NCBI GenBank assembly: GCA_049322915.1
Contig: JBMOPW010000034.1
Coordinates: 320,001 to 384,000 of the forward strand
Source of the DNA: Candidatus Zhuqueibacterota bacterium
GTDB taxonomy: Bacteria > Zhuqueibacterota > Zhuqueibacteria > Thermofontimicrobiales > Thermofontimicrobiaceae
DNA: 64,000 nt
Direction of reading: 5' to 3'
Positions 27,201-36,012 of the stretch are shown piece by piece. The notes under the pieces were generated by a model. It saw only the letters and a list, made by a program, of their open reading frames with translations. It did not search any database and was not told the origin of the DNA. A program made the translations under genes and the position numbers. Numbering within the stretch: position 1 is the first letter of the stretch; the number at the start of each line of letters is the position of its first letter.

Positions 27201-29251
27201 GTAAAAGCTCGCCATTTTGCACTGGCTGGATTATAATGAAAAATGCCGAAATATCGGGTACCAACCCACAACTCGCCTTCAGCCGAGGCATATAATGCAT
27301 CGATCGAAGGCTGCGCCAACTGAATCGGGTCGATAACCTTCTTGATATTCCCATTGTTAAATCGAAATAATCCGTAGATCCCGCCAAACCAGATTTCACC
27401 GTCCCTGGTTTGGGCAATGCCGTAAGGCGCCATAAAATTGCTGGATAAAACCGAAGTAATCTGGTTAAATTGGAAGTCTTTGACATGCAAAACACCACCC
27501 ATCTGCTGTTTATTTTGTTCGAAATCGACCGCGGCGCCAAACCACAATCCCTGATCATCATCCTCCAGAATCGCCCGATAATCTATGCCCCATGACAGGG
27601 TTGGATGTTGCATCATGTTCCACTTTCCATTGGTAAAAATGGCGGTGGCCGCGACATGATCCTGGCTGCCTCCGGCCCAGACTTCATCCTTTTTCGTGAT
27701 CAGGAGACAAACAGGATCACTCATCAATCCGTCTTCCACGCCAAAACTGAGCCATTGCTTTTTATCATAACTCACGACCCTGCCATCAGCAGCGATGAAC
27801 CATTGGGTGCCATCGGTTGCTTCACCCTGAAAGTTCAAATCTTCCAGCATGGTCCAATTGTTCATGGAATTATCAAAACGGAGAACTTTTGATCCTTTCG
27901 TTATCAGCCAGATTTTATGATCGGAAGTTTCAAAAATAGAGATGATTCGGCTATCCAGAATTGGAATTTCTTCAGGTTTATATATTTTCCAGTTTTTATT
28001 CTGATAAATATACAAAATTCCCCAACCGCCTAACCACAAGGATCCGTTACTGGCGGCGAGCATCGACGTAACCATATTCATGATACCGCCGATTTGAGAA
28101 ACAGGAAAGCCAGTCCATTGATTTCCATCAAATCGATTGAGATGCGATTGCGGCTGGCTTAAAGATGCCCAGATATCCCCATCCGCGGTTTGAGCAAATT
28201 GATAGGTGTTTTTAACATTGGGATTTATTCCACTCGTCAGCGAATAAATTTTCCATATTTCCCGATCGGTTCGGACCGTTTCGAAATAGGTTATGTTGCC
28301 AAAATCCTGTGAAAACCACAAACCACCTTTGCTGTCTTTAAACAGATTATAAACAAGCAACTCATGCAGTACATCGGGTATATATTCATTTTTTAGAGTG
28401 ACATCGAATACTCTGGAATTTTTATGGCTCCTCACTTTTAAATGAACGGATGAATCTGTATCATTATTGAAAAGGTTGATAAACAAATCCTGTTTATCAT
28501 TGATTGCGATGATACTGTCTCCCACACTCAATCCGGCCTGCTTCGCTGGTCCATCCGGCGCCAGGGCGTAAATAACTTCAGCCCTGGTAAACACGCCAAA
28601 ACCTCGCGACCAGGCATGTTGCGTGGTCGCATGATCGGGGACAACAAAGATTTTTACGCTGGGTGCAAACGTTTTGATGGCATCGACCTGATCCCGTGCT
28701 GTATAGATTGAAATCTCGTCATCCCTAATAGACAGAAGCCCATACTTTGATCCCGCCAGTACAACACCCTGATTAGATTCCACCATACCGCTAATTGTCC
28801 AGTTATAATCCAGCTTCATTGGGCAAACTTCTCGCCAATTGCGTTTATCAAATTTGAAAATGCCCTTTTCGGTTCCGGCATACAGCACGCCTGCGCGGGT
28901 CATCAACATACTTGAGACGGGGGATTCCAGGTAGTACTTAACAGTGTCTAATCCGTTGTAATGAATAATGGCGCCCGTTTCAGTCCCAAACCAAATCGTA
29001 CCATCGCTCGCTTCGGTCATGCACTGAATTCCCATTCCTTCCAACTCAGGGAATGAAATCCAGCGCCAGGCTTCTAATAATGGATCGGGATATTTAGGGT
29101 GAAAAGATTGGCTTGCATAATTATCAATTATACAGACGAAAAAAAAAGAGGTGGCAGAAATGATTATCCTAATTATTAGGAAATTGAAAGGAAGGAATCT
29201 GGGAATAGATAGGTGGATTTCGTTCTTACTATGAACCATTTCTGATCTCAA
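24254..29251 (-). CDS. Hybrid two-component sensor-regulator (beta-propeller, PDZ insert, Y_Y_Y, TM, GAF-like, HisKA/HATPase, REC, AraC HTH)
   Basis: Reg_prop repeats (DGTIWFGT, GLSSNKI); LPAGKHTFQVKA; PPIWQQPWF TM; FFTDISHEFRTPLTLI; GSGIGLAL; ILIVEDN...DIIMPGMDG; EIAYEVGFSDSSNFARDFRKHFG. Confidence 0.93.
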   Translation of the reverse strand: MRSEMVHSKNEIHLSIPRFLPFNFLIIRIIISATSFFFVCIIDNYASQSFHPKYPDPLLEAWRWISFPELEGMGIQCMTEASDGTIWFGTETGAIIHYNGLDTVKYYLESPVSSMLMTRAGVLYAGTEKGIFKFDKRNWREVCPMKLDYNWTISGMVESNQGVVLAGSKYGLLSIRDDEISIYTARDQVDAIKTFAPSVKIFVVPDHATTQHAWSRGFGVFTRAEVIYALAPDGPAKQAGLSVGDSIIAINDKQDLFINLFNNDTDSSVHLKVRSHKNSRVFDVTLKNEYIPDVLHELLVYNLFKDSKGGLWFSQDFGNITYFETVRTDREIWKIYSLTSGINPNVKNTYQFAQTADGDIWASLSQPQSHLNRFDGNQWTGFPVSQIGGIMNMVTSMLAASNGSLWLGGWGILYIYQNKNWKIYKPEEIPILDSRIISIFETSDHKIWLITKGSKVLRFDNSMNNWTMLEDLNFQGEATDGTQWFIAADGRVVSYDKKQWLSFGVEDGLMSDPVCLLITKKDEVWAGGSQDHVAATAIFTNGKWNMMQHPTLSWGIDYRAILEDDDQGLWFGAAVDFEQNKQQMGGVLHVKDFQFNQITSVLSSNFMAPYGIAQTRDGEIWFGGIYGLFRFNNGNIKKVIDPIQLAQPSIDALYASAEGELWVGTRYFGIFHYNPASAKWRAFTIDQGLSSNKIIGITQTRDGTIWAATNLGYDCFDGKMWTQSALPATWHLSQDGGSINSSADSAIWINQTSKAWNRRAWPNTPPVAEYEFRTLRYKPDSQSPQTVISETEKEIAQPGNVIFSWHAKDPWNVTPQEKLEFSWRLDDADWSQFFTTTNQVFFKLPAGKHTFQVKARDTDLNEDETPASVLFKVLPPIWQQPWFVGLLSVLIAIIFYQTVRVIRRDQRLRVTNKSLAKERSIEHIRAVSMAVGTVHDISNVLTELTRELNSIGHKFHYIGISLVDEAIGILHHYEMASDNAAPQYTELPLDTISENYLTRWKSGQIISQKINGNNITELLPIQAQSSQPQEVLGSGSMLLICFEYGTFALATENKDKFLPHEVETIRNFCDVILAGYAKYLNLRKIERQQAELMRVQLAGIQERLENELRLERIEKEQERQVYLLKQQFFTDISHEFRTPLTLIISPLQKIISKIDQNHWLTAQIAIIHKNAERLLRLVNQLLDFRKLDEGCLKLELFQGDLIQFIKNIFESFQPSAEKKQIELDFHSNYENLLTWFDPDKIDKIIYNLLCNALKFTQDNGKVTLSITVADYFTADSNDGYNIGIKVEDNGMGIGPEDILYVFDRFYQSKNQPDCDQKGSGIGLALTKELVELHGGTISVHSEAGKGACFVVQLPMRRTAQMPGGDVPSHFEKTPPAETESSEHGRGTLTGIEKEIRQTDMPRADVHPDDQTKFKILIVEDNDDIRSYIRDDLSEDYDIAEASNGIEGLETARKIIPDLIISDIIMPGMDGNTLCQQLKTDERTSHIPVILLTARSSEEDKTHGLIIGADDYIVKPFNVNELKARVHNLIKSRQQLRERFSRDIKLEPRNIYISSIDEKFLQRVIKTIEENIHDSDFGVESLSQAVRMNRVQLYRKIKSLTNQTVNDFIRILRLKRAAQLLEQSNLTVTEIAYEVGFSDSSNFARDFRKHFGKPPSAYIQKKNKNR

Positions 29252-29348
29252 GATTAATCGCTCGACCTGAAGAAAATAATTGTAGCCGAATAACGATCGT
29301 TGCTTCCAGGTATAAATTTTACTGCGAAATCATCTTTAAGCCGATCAA

Positions 29349-29377
29349 AATATATTCAGAAAAATCATCAAAGTCAA
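29349..29377 (-). promoter_or_regulatory. Consensus-like sigma70 promoter of the hybrid regulator gene
   Basis: TTGACT-17-TATATT on the minus strand. Confidence 0.6.
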
Positions 29378-29651
29378 GTGTTTAAAATTTATCAAATAGT
29401 ACGCCTCAACAGTCTCTCATTGAAAATTCAACCCTATTAAAATATCCGATGGTAAAACCACAAAAGCAGGCGTGTCCTTGAATTCATTCCTTCGCTCGCT
29501 TCTCAGACCTTGCAGTAAATGATATTTCAAATAAACTATAGTAAAACAAGCGATTGTGACTTCGTTCAATGCTGATGTCAATTAGCACCGCTATTGACAA
29601 GCAACGATGCCGCCCTACGTCCGAGTAACTCTATGAGGTGCGTTTTCATTC

Positions 29652-30797
29652 TCATCGGATGCCGAGGACAACCACAAACACATCATCCCGGACCTGGGTG
29701 TATTTCTGCTTTTTCATGGACGAGATGATGACTTCGGCCAAATTTTCGGCGCCGACTTTTTCGTTACTGCTGATAATATCCTGTAATCCCTGCACTCCCA
29801 GAGGTTCGCGATTGCTATTCTCAGCGTCGATGACGCCGTCGGTATAAAACACGATCTTGTCACCGGCCTGCAACCGGATACGATCCTGAATGAAGCTATT
29901 TTTATCCTTCTTCTCAAAACCAATGATGAGATTCTGCGATGGCAAATGCGATAACTCGTGCGTCGCGTTTTTGCACAGCACAAGCGCCGGATGCGAGCTG
30001 CCAGCATACGTGAACAGCTTATCTTTGTGGTTCAGTTTGGAAGCGAACATCGTCAGGAACATGCCGGTGCGCTGAAATGTATCAATGATGAAATTATTCA
30101 GATAGAAGAGAATCTCGCTCGGCTCCAGTTCATCGCGAACCAGGTTGCGCACTTCACTGCAAATCCGATTCACCACCAGCGCCGCAGCAATGCCGTGTCC
30201 GGTCACATCGATAATCGTGACATAGGTATTGCCTTTGCTGTCTGTGTAAACATCGGCGTAGTCCCCTCCGACGCCAATGACCGGCAGGTATTTCACGCTG
30301 ATTTCGATATCATCGTCGCAGACAACCTGGGGCACCAAACTCAACTGCACCTGCTCTGCCAATTTCAAATCGCGCTGTATCATCGCATGGTGCTCGTCGA
30401 TCTCCTTCTGCTGCTGCTCAATTTTCAGTTTCATGGTGCGATGCTCCAGCGCCTGAGCCACTTTCAGGCGCAATTCTTCCACATCGACTGGCTTTGAAAG
30501 ATATTCGTATGCGCCCATTTTCATCGCCCGCACCGCTGATTTAATGCTGCCATAGGCGGTGAGGATGAGCACTTCTGTGCTGGGACTGCTCTCCTTGACT
30601 GCAGTTAGCACATCCAATCCATTCACTTCAGGCATTTGTAAGTCTGTTACGACGAGATCGAATTGTTGTTCTTTGAGAAACCTCAATGCTTCCTTGCCGC
30701 CGTGAGCAAGGCTCAGGCGATAGCTTTCCCGCTTCAATGCTTCGGATAAAAAATAGACGATACTCTTGTCATCATCGATAATCAACAATGAAGACAT
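29652..30797 (-). CDS. Response regulator receiver fused to a PP2C/SpoIIE phosphatase (RsbU/RsbY-like)
   Basis: REC motifs LIIDDD, TDLQMP and SKP; PP2C motifs VGGDYAD, DVTGHG, YTDG and RDD. Confidence 0.9.
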   Translation of the reverse strand: MSSLLIIDDDKSIVYFLSEALKRESYRLSLAHGGKEALRFLKEQQFDLVVTDLQMPEVNGLDVLTAVKESSPSTEVLILTAYGSIKSAVRAMKMGAYEYLSKPVDVEELRLKVAQALEHRTMKLKIEQQQKEIDEHHAMIQRDLKLAEQVQLSLVPQVVCDDDIEISVKYLPVIGVGGDYADVYTDSKGNTYVTIIDVTGHGIAAALVVNRICSEVRNLVRDELEPSEILFYLNNFIIDTFQRTGMFLTMFASKLNHKDKLFTYAGSSHPALVLCKNATHELSHLPSQNLIIGFEKKDKNSFIQDRIRLQAGDKIVFYTDGVIDAENSNREPLGVQGLQDIISSNEKVGAENLAEVIISSMKKQKYTQVRDDVFVVVLGIR

Positions 30798-30869
30798 AAC
30801 AGATTCCTTTCGTCAAAACAGGGTCAGGGATTCGGGTTGTCGACTTTTCACACGGGAACGATACGGGGG

Positions 30870-32663
30870 TTACAACACCTTCAGGTTCAGCAGTGTGATA
30901 TCATCGGCCTGGGGTTTGCCTTCTGAAAAACGTCGCACCTCCGAAAGAATCGCGTTTTTCATCTCCTCAGCCGACTCATTTCGGTGCAATCGCATGAGAT
31001 CCTCCAGGCGGCGTTCACCAAATTCCTCGTCATGAATGTTCACGGCTTCGGTGACGCCATCGGTGAACATGACAATCCAATTGCCTGGTTGCAGTGCTAT
31101 TTTCTCCTGCAGATAGGGCATGTTGGGCATCATTCCTAAAATAAGCCCGCCCGTTTCCAGAGCTTTGAGACTGCCATCGCTTCTCATCAACATCGGGGGA
31201 TTGTGGCCAGCGTTCACGTAGGTGAAGCTCTTTTCTCCGACATCCAGAATGCCAAAGAAGAAGGTGATAAATTTATCATAATTCGTGTTGCGGTAAATGA
31301 GGTTATTGATTTTAGAAACAACGTCCACCAGCGATGCATCCGCATCGATGAGCGCATGCAGCACGGCCTGCAGGTTGGCCATGAGGAGCGAGGCGCCGGT
31401 CCCCTTGCCGGACACATCGGCGATGGCCAGACAGACTTTGTGAGCGTTCAGTTCGATGCAATCGAAATAATCGCCGCTCACCTGCAAGCTGGGCACGTTG
31501 ATAGCCGCGATTTCGAATTCTGAGAATGAAGGGCACGTTTTGGGCAGCATCTTCTGTTGAATTTCCCGGGCGATAGCCAGTTCCTCTTCCAGCCGTTTCT
31601 TTTCCAGCGCCTCTTCGAACAAGCGCGCATTTTCAAGGTAAATCATGGCCTCGTTACCAAGCGTGAACAGAAATTCCAGATCATAATCCTGAAATGCGGC
31701 CTTATTGATGCGGTCTCCAATAGCGAGAATTCCTTGCGTCTTTCTCTTGATGCGCATGGGGACTACCACTCGAATTTCCGCTTTGCGTAGGACATGCAGT
31801 GTGGAATTGGATTCGGTCTCACCGTTCAAAAGGACTGGATCGGCGATGGTCGCTAATTCATTCAGATAAACCTCGGCGGAAAAATCGACTGGAATCTCAT
31901 GGTCACGGATCCCCTTGGTCACTGCCAGCCGCATCCTTCCGTTGTTCTCAGCAAAAATCAGACAGCGGTTGACGAGCATTTCTCCCATGACAGCGAAGCA
32001 CAACAGGTTCAATATTTTCTCGGAGTCCAGGATTGAGTTGAGCTCGCGACTGATATCAAAAATAGTGTTCAATTCCTGAATTTTCTTGTCCAGCCGACGG
32101 TTCACTTCCTGCAAGCTGCGCACCATGAGCCCGTTTTCGATGGAAGTGGCAGCGATATTCGAGAGCGATTTCAGATATTCAATTTCTGTCTTTTGGAAAT
32201 TGCCGGAGACGATCTTGCTGCCAAATCCGATGAATCCCAACGTCTTGTCACTGCTGCGGATGGGAATGAGTAATATAATTTTATGCTGCGCAAAAAAATC
32301 GATGCTGGAGTAGCTGCTCTCGATTTGTTCAACAAACACAGGCTCGCTCAGCGGATAATCAAATTCAATTTTCGTGTCAATAAATTCTTTCGGAAGGCCT
32401 TTGAGAGTTTCTATCTGGAAGGTATGTCCTTCATTGTGAAGCAAAACGATCCCGCGGGTTATCATCATTTTGCCCATGGGAGTCAATAACATATTATCGA
32501 GTATGGACTTTAAATTGAGCGAAGAATTGAGAGTCTGGGAGACTTCGAATAATGATTGAAGCTCCATTAATTTTTCATCAAGTTTACGGCTTACTCCCTC
32601 GTGTTCCGAATTGGTTGAATCAATCACATTCTGGTCATTGGTCTCAGTAGCTGAGATCATCAC
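30870..32663 (-). CDS. rsbU: GAF-GAF-PP2C/SpoIIE phosphatase (RsbU-like)
   Basis: Two GAF-like repeats; ELAIAREIQ, SGDYFD, ADVSGKG, NAGHNPP, FTDGV and ADDIT motifs. Confidence 0.88.
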   Translation of the reverse strand: MMISATETNDQNVIDSTNSEHEGVSRKLDEKLMELQSLFEVSQTLNSSLNLKSILDNMLLTPMGKMMITRGIVLLHNEGHTFQIETLKGLPKEFIDTKIEFDYPLSEPVFVEQIESSYSSIDFFAQHKIILLIPIRSSDKTLGFIGFGSKIVSGNFQKTEIEYLKSLSNIAATSIENGLMVRSLQEVNRRLDKKIQELNTIFDISRELNSILDSEKILNLLCFAVMGEMLVNRCLIFAENNGRMRLAVTKGIRDHEIPVDFSAEVYLNELATIADPVLLNGETESNSTLHVLRKAEIRVVVPMRIKRKTQGILAIGDRINKAAFQDYDLEFLFTLGNEAMIYLENARLFEEALEKKRLEEELAIAREIQQKMLPKTCPSFSEFEIAAINVPSLQVSGDYFDCIELNAHKVCLAIADVSGKGTGASLLMANLQAVLHALIDADASLVDVVSKINNLIYRNTNYDKFITFFFGILDVGEKSFTYVNAGHNPPMLMRSDGSLKALETGGLILGMMPNMPYLQEKIALQPGNWIVMFTDGVTEAVNIHDEEFGERRLEDLMRLHRNESAEEMKNAILSEVRRFSEGKPQADDITLLNLKVL

Positions 32664-33130
32664 GCGTTCTCCTTCTCTACCTTACCTTGCCGTATCAAAT
32701 ACTTCGACATTTTAACGCTTGTTTTTTCTCCGGGCGTCGACTCAAATTCCACTTCATCCATCAATGCTTTCATCAGGTAAATGCCCAATCCACCAACGCG
32801 CATTTCGGCCAGGTACTCTTTCACATTTTTACGCGATATCTGACTGATATCAAATCCTTTCCCCTGATCGGAAATGATGATCGTAATTTTCTTGTAATCG
32901 ATTTCAATGACCAGATCAATGGGATTTTGAGAGTCTTTATTATAGGCATGCTTCACAACGTTGGCGCACCCTTCGTCCACCGCTAACTCGATCTTATTCA
33001 CATCGTCATCGTTAAAGCCAACCTTGGTAGCAATCGTCGAAACAAACAGCCGAATCAATTCGAGATTATCGGTTCTGCTCGGGATTTTCAACTGATATTT
33101 GGTTATATCATCAGACAAAATAGTCACCAC
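32660..33130 (-). CDS. rsbW: Anti-sigma factor / serine kinase, RsbW-like (HATPase_c_2)
   Basis: ELAVDEGCANVVKHAY, DQGKGF and GGLGIYLMKALMD motifs. Confidence 0.9.
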   Translation of the reverse strand: MVTILSDDITKYQLKIPSRTDNLELIRLFVSTIATKVGFNDDDVNKIELAVDEGCANVVKHAYNKDSQNPIDLVIEIDYKKITIIISDQGKGFDISQISRKNVKEYLAEMRVGGLGIYLMKALMDEVEFESTPGEKTSVKMSKYLIRQGKVEKENA

Positions 33131-33140
33131 CTTTTCTGGA

Positions 33141-33488
33141 TTAACTATTAAATTTATTTACGGCCTCGATCTCTTCTGAGAAAATATCATATAACGTCGG
33201 AAATCCCAACAGATCAAAAACACGAAATATTTTCGAGGGCATATTGGTTAATTTAATGTCGCCGCTATTGGTTCGGATATCTTCAATAAATCCCATGAAA
33301 ACTCCGAGACCGGCGCTGCTGATGTAAATAAGCTCCTTGAAATTAACGATAATATTGAACTGCTTTTCATCTATCAAAGATTGTAACTCATGCTCCAGCA
33401 TTGGCGCGGTATGAGCATCCAGATATCCCTTGATGTACAGAACGACGACATTGCCAGCGTTCTTTTTTGATACCTCAAATGATTCCAT
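33141..33488 (-). CDS. rsbV: STAS anti-anti-sigma factor, RsbV-like
   Basis: KGYLDAHTAP and YISSAGLG (phosphoacceptor Ser); RBS AGGAG. Confidence 0.92.
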   Translation of the reverse strand: MESFEVSKKNAGNVVVLYIKGYLDAHTAPMLEHELQSLIDEKQFNIIVNFKELIYISSAGLGVFMGFIEDIRTNSGDIKLTNMPSKIFRVFDLLGFPTLYDIFSEEIEAVNKFNS

Positions 33489-33886
33489 ATACGTTGACTC
33501 CTGTTATTTCAGACCATCAATTAGTTTGGAATTGAGCAGTTATTTTTAACCCAAATCAGGCAATAGAAAATTGAAGAATCACTGCCAGGACACGAAAACG
33601 GTAGCCAAACTCAGGGTATTTTACATATCACGCAAAGCCGTTAAGCCGACTCGCATCAGTTTTATTAACCGTTCAGCCACCGGATAGCACCGGACATGTA
33701 CCCAGCGCGATCAAGTCGCTAAACAGCGCCGGAGATACGTCAAATATCGACGAACCTGATTTTATATGAGTAACTTTAAAGCAAGGTTAATAGTTTTTTT
33801 ATAAAAGCCAACTGTCGAATGCATCGAACTCCGAACTCTCCTTCTGCTTAATCAAAATTTGCAACCTATATTTTTAAAAGCGCCGT

Positions 33887-33915
33887 AATATAACCAATCC
33901 ATCGCTAATAATCAA
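33887..33915 (-). promoter_or_regulatory. Putative sigma70 promoter about 400 bp upstream of rsbV
   Basis: TTGATT-17-TATATT on the minus strand. Confidence 0.5.
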
Positions 33916-33924
33916 TAAAAAAAC

Positions 33925-36003
33925 CTATCTTATTTTCACAACCACTGTGGTGAGATCGTCGTGTTTGGCGTGCAGGCCGGTGAACGCATTCACTCGTGTC
34001 AGAATTTCCTTCTTGATCTCTCTGGCTTGCCGCTGATGACACTCCATCACCACCTGCGATAATCGATGCTCTTCGAATTCTTCGTGCTCCATATTTCGCG
34101 CTTCGTTCAGGCCATCGGTGAAAAAGACGAACACGTCTTCGGCCGACAGTGGAATTGTCTCCTCTGCCAGTGTGTCCCTGAAAGTAGCCCCGGGATCCAG
34201 GCCAAGAGCCAGGCCCGGCGGTTCGACAAGAAACACACTCTCATCGCTCTTCCGCCAGTAAAGAACCGGGCAATGGCCGGCGCGGCAGAACTGGAACACT
34301 TTTTGTCTCAGGTCGAATATGCCATAAATAATGCTGACGAACGTCTTCCGGTCGAAGGTGGTGTACAGGATTTTATTGGCGCGGATCAGCAATTCTTTGG
34401 GCGAGCAGTTGGAATCGCTCAGCGATTCGATCACCCCCTTGACCTCAGCCATATAAAATGCTGCTTCAGGCCCTTTGCCGGAAACGTCGCCGATAACAAC
34501 CGCCAGCCGATCATCATCGAATTTGAAAAAATCATAGTAGTCGCCGCCCACCTCGTTCGCAGTGATACAACTGGCGTCGATGTCCAGATGTTTCATCTCC
34601 GGCATGCGCCGCGGCAGCAGTTTCATCTGGGCTTCGTGGGCGATTTTCAGTTCCTGCTCGTACTTCTCCTTTTCCAGCGACTTTTTCACGAGCCGCGTAT
34701 TTTCAATGGCGACCGATGCATTATTGGCAAATGCCATCATTAGCGCTCTGTCGTCCTGCAAAAATCCATAATCGATGTGCTTGACCGCGTACAAAATACC
34801 AATCACCCGCGTCGCTGAAACCAGGGGTATGCCTAACAGCGATCCGGTGGCGCGCTTCCAGTAGTCGAATTTCGCCGTCATTTTGTTCCTGGCAATCTGC
34901 TCGATCATCAGCACGGACTGATTTTTCAGGATCCATTCGTGGATATCATTTCCGTCAGTCCTCGCGAGAGTGGCCAACAATTGGCCCGGCAAATTTTTGT
35001 GGGCGACCAATTCCATGCGGCGCGATTGTTCATTCATCAGCATCAACCAGCAGTAATTGGCGCCGGTCACTTCGACTGTCTGGTCAATGATAATGCTCAT
35101 CACCCGATTCAAGTCGAACACACCCAGGATGTATCGGGACAAATTATGCAGGGATGAAATTTCTTTCACTTTCCGGTCATAGACGCTGGCCGTGGGCAGA
35201 TACAGTAAAATGATGAGCGCTGAAAACGAGACATAGACGTAAATGAAAATCAGGCTGCCCGAAAAAAATCTCCCGGCCATGGCGTTGTAAGCAGTCACTG
35301 CCTGCGCATCGGTAATTTTTAGAAAGCCAATGGCGATGATAAGTATCAGCAGACTGAAGATCAACGAGCGTACCTTCTGGCTTTTATTGATAATTCTCAC
35401 CCAATGGATTCGGAAAGAATTGATCACGATGAAGTAAATGAGCAGCACATTTACAATCCAGAAAAGAATATGGATCCAGCTTGAGGGATGCTGCAATTGG
35501 GACAGATCAAGTTTCGTATCGATGGCCGAAGATGTATACGGGGCGAATAATCCGTATGCCAGCAGCAGCACAAAGAGCAGGTTGTAATTCTGCTTTGTGC
35601 TGCTTTTTCTTTGAATCAAAATCAGATCCCGAAGAACGGCCAGAGCGACCAGCGTTAGAATCAGGATCAGTCCGGCAGTGATGGTGAAATAAACTATCTG
35701 ACTTGGCTGCGCATAATATTGTTCTTCCTTCGGGCAGAAATAGGTCAGCAGGAAAATGGCGACCAGGTCGAAAAATAGCAGCCTGAATTTATTATCAATG
35801 CTAATGCCGCTGATCCACTGTCTGACCGGAAAAAACAAAATCATCAGGGCAGACAGGATGAGTGCGCCCCGGATCAGCGTTTTCAGGAGAGGCATGGCTG
35901 CGTGAAAAAAGCCGGAGACATCCAGCATCAATACCAGAAAAAGCATGATTGCCGGAATTATCAGAATAGCATTTCGTTTTGAATGTTCAGCCATGATCAT
36001 CAC
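33925..36003 (-). CDS. Membrane-bound (about 8 TM) GAF-PP2C/SpoIIE phosphatase
   Basis: Hydrophobic N-terminal ~270 aa; GAF (SLLGIPL...IGILYA...AFANNASVAIEN); PP2C (VGGDYYD, DVSGKG, RAGH, FTDG, HDDLT). Confidence 0.88.
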   Translation of the reverse strand: MMIMAEHSKRNAILIIPAIMLFLVLMLDVSGFFHAAMPLLKTLIRGALILSALMILFFPVRQWISGISIDNKFRLLFFDLVAIFLLTYFCPKEEQYYAQPSQIVYFTITAGLILILTLVALAVLRDLILIQRKSSTKQNYNLLFVLLLAYGLFAPYTSSAIDTKLDLSQLQHPSSWIHILFWIVNVLLIYFIVINSFRIHWVRIINKSQKVRSLIFSLLILIIAIGFLKITDAQAVTAYNAMAGRFFSGSLIFIYVYVSFSALIILLYLPTASVYDRKVKEISSLHNLSRYILGVFDLNRVMSIIIDQTVEVTGANYCWLMLMNEQSRRMELVAHKNLPGQLLATLARTDGNDIHEWILKNQSVLMIEQIARNKMTAKFDYWKRATGSLLGIPLVSATRVIGILYAVKHIDYGFLQDDRALMMAFANNASVAIENTRLVKKSLEKEKYEQELKIAHEAQMKLLPRRMPEMKHLDIDASCITANEVGGDYYDFFKFDDDRLAVVIGDVSGKGPEAAFYMAEVKGVIESLSDSNCSPKELLIRANKILYTTFDRKTFVSIIYGIFDLRQKVFQFCRAGHCPVLYWRKSDESVFLVEPPGLALGLDPGATFRDTLAEETIPLSAEDVFVFFTDGLNEARNMEHEEFEEHRLSQVVMECHQRQAREIKKEILTRVNAFTGLHAKHDDLTTVVVKIR

Positions 36004-36012
36004 GAACAGGTT

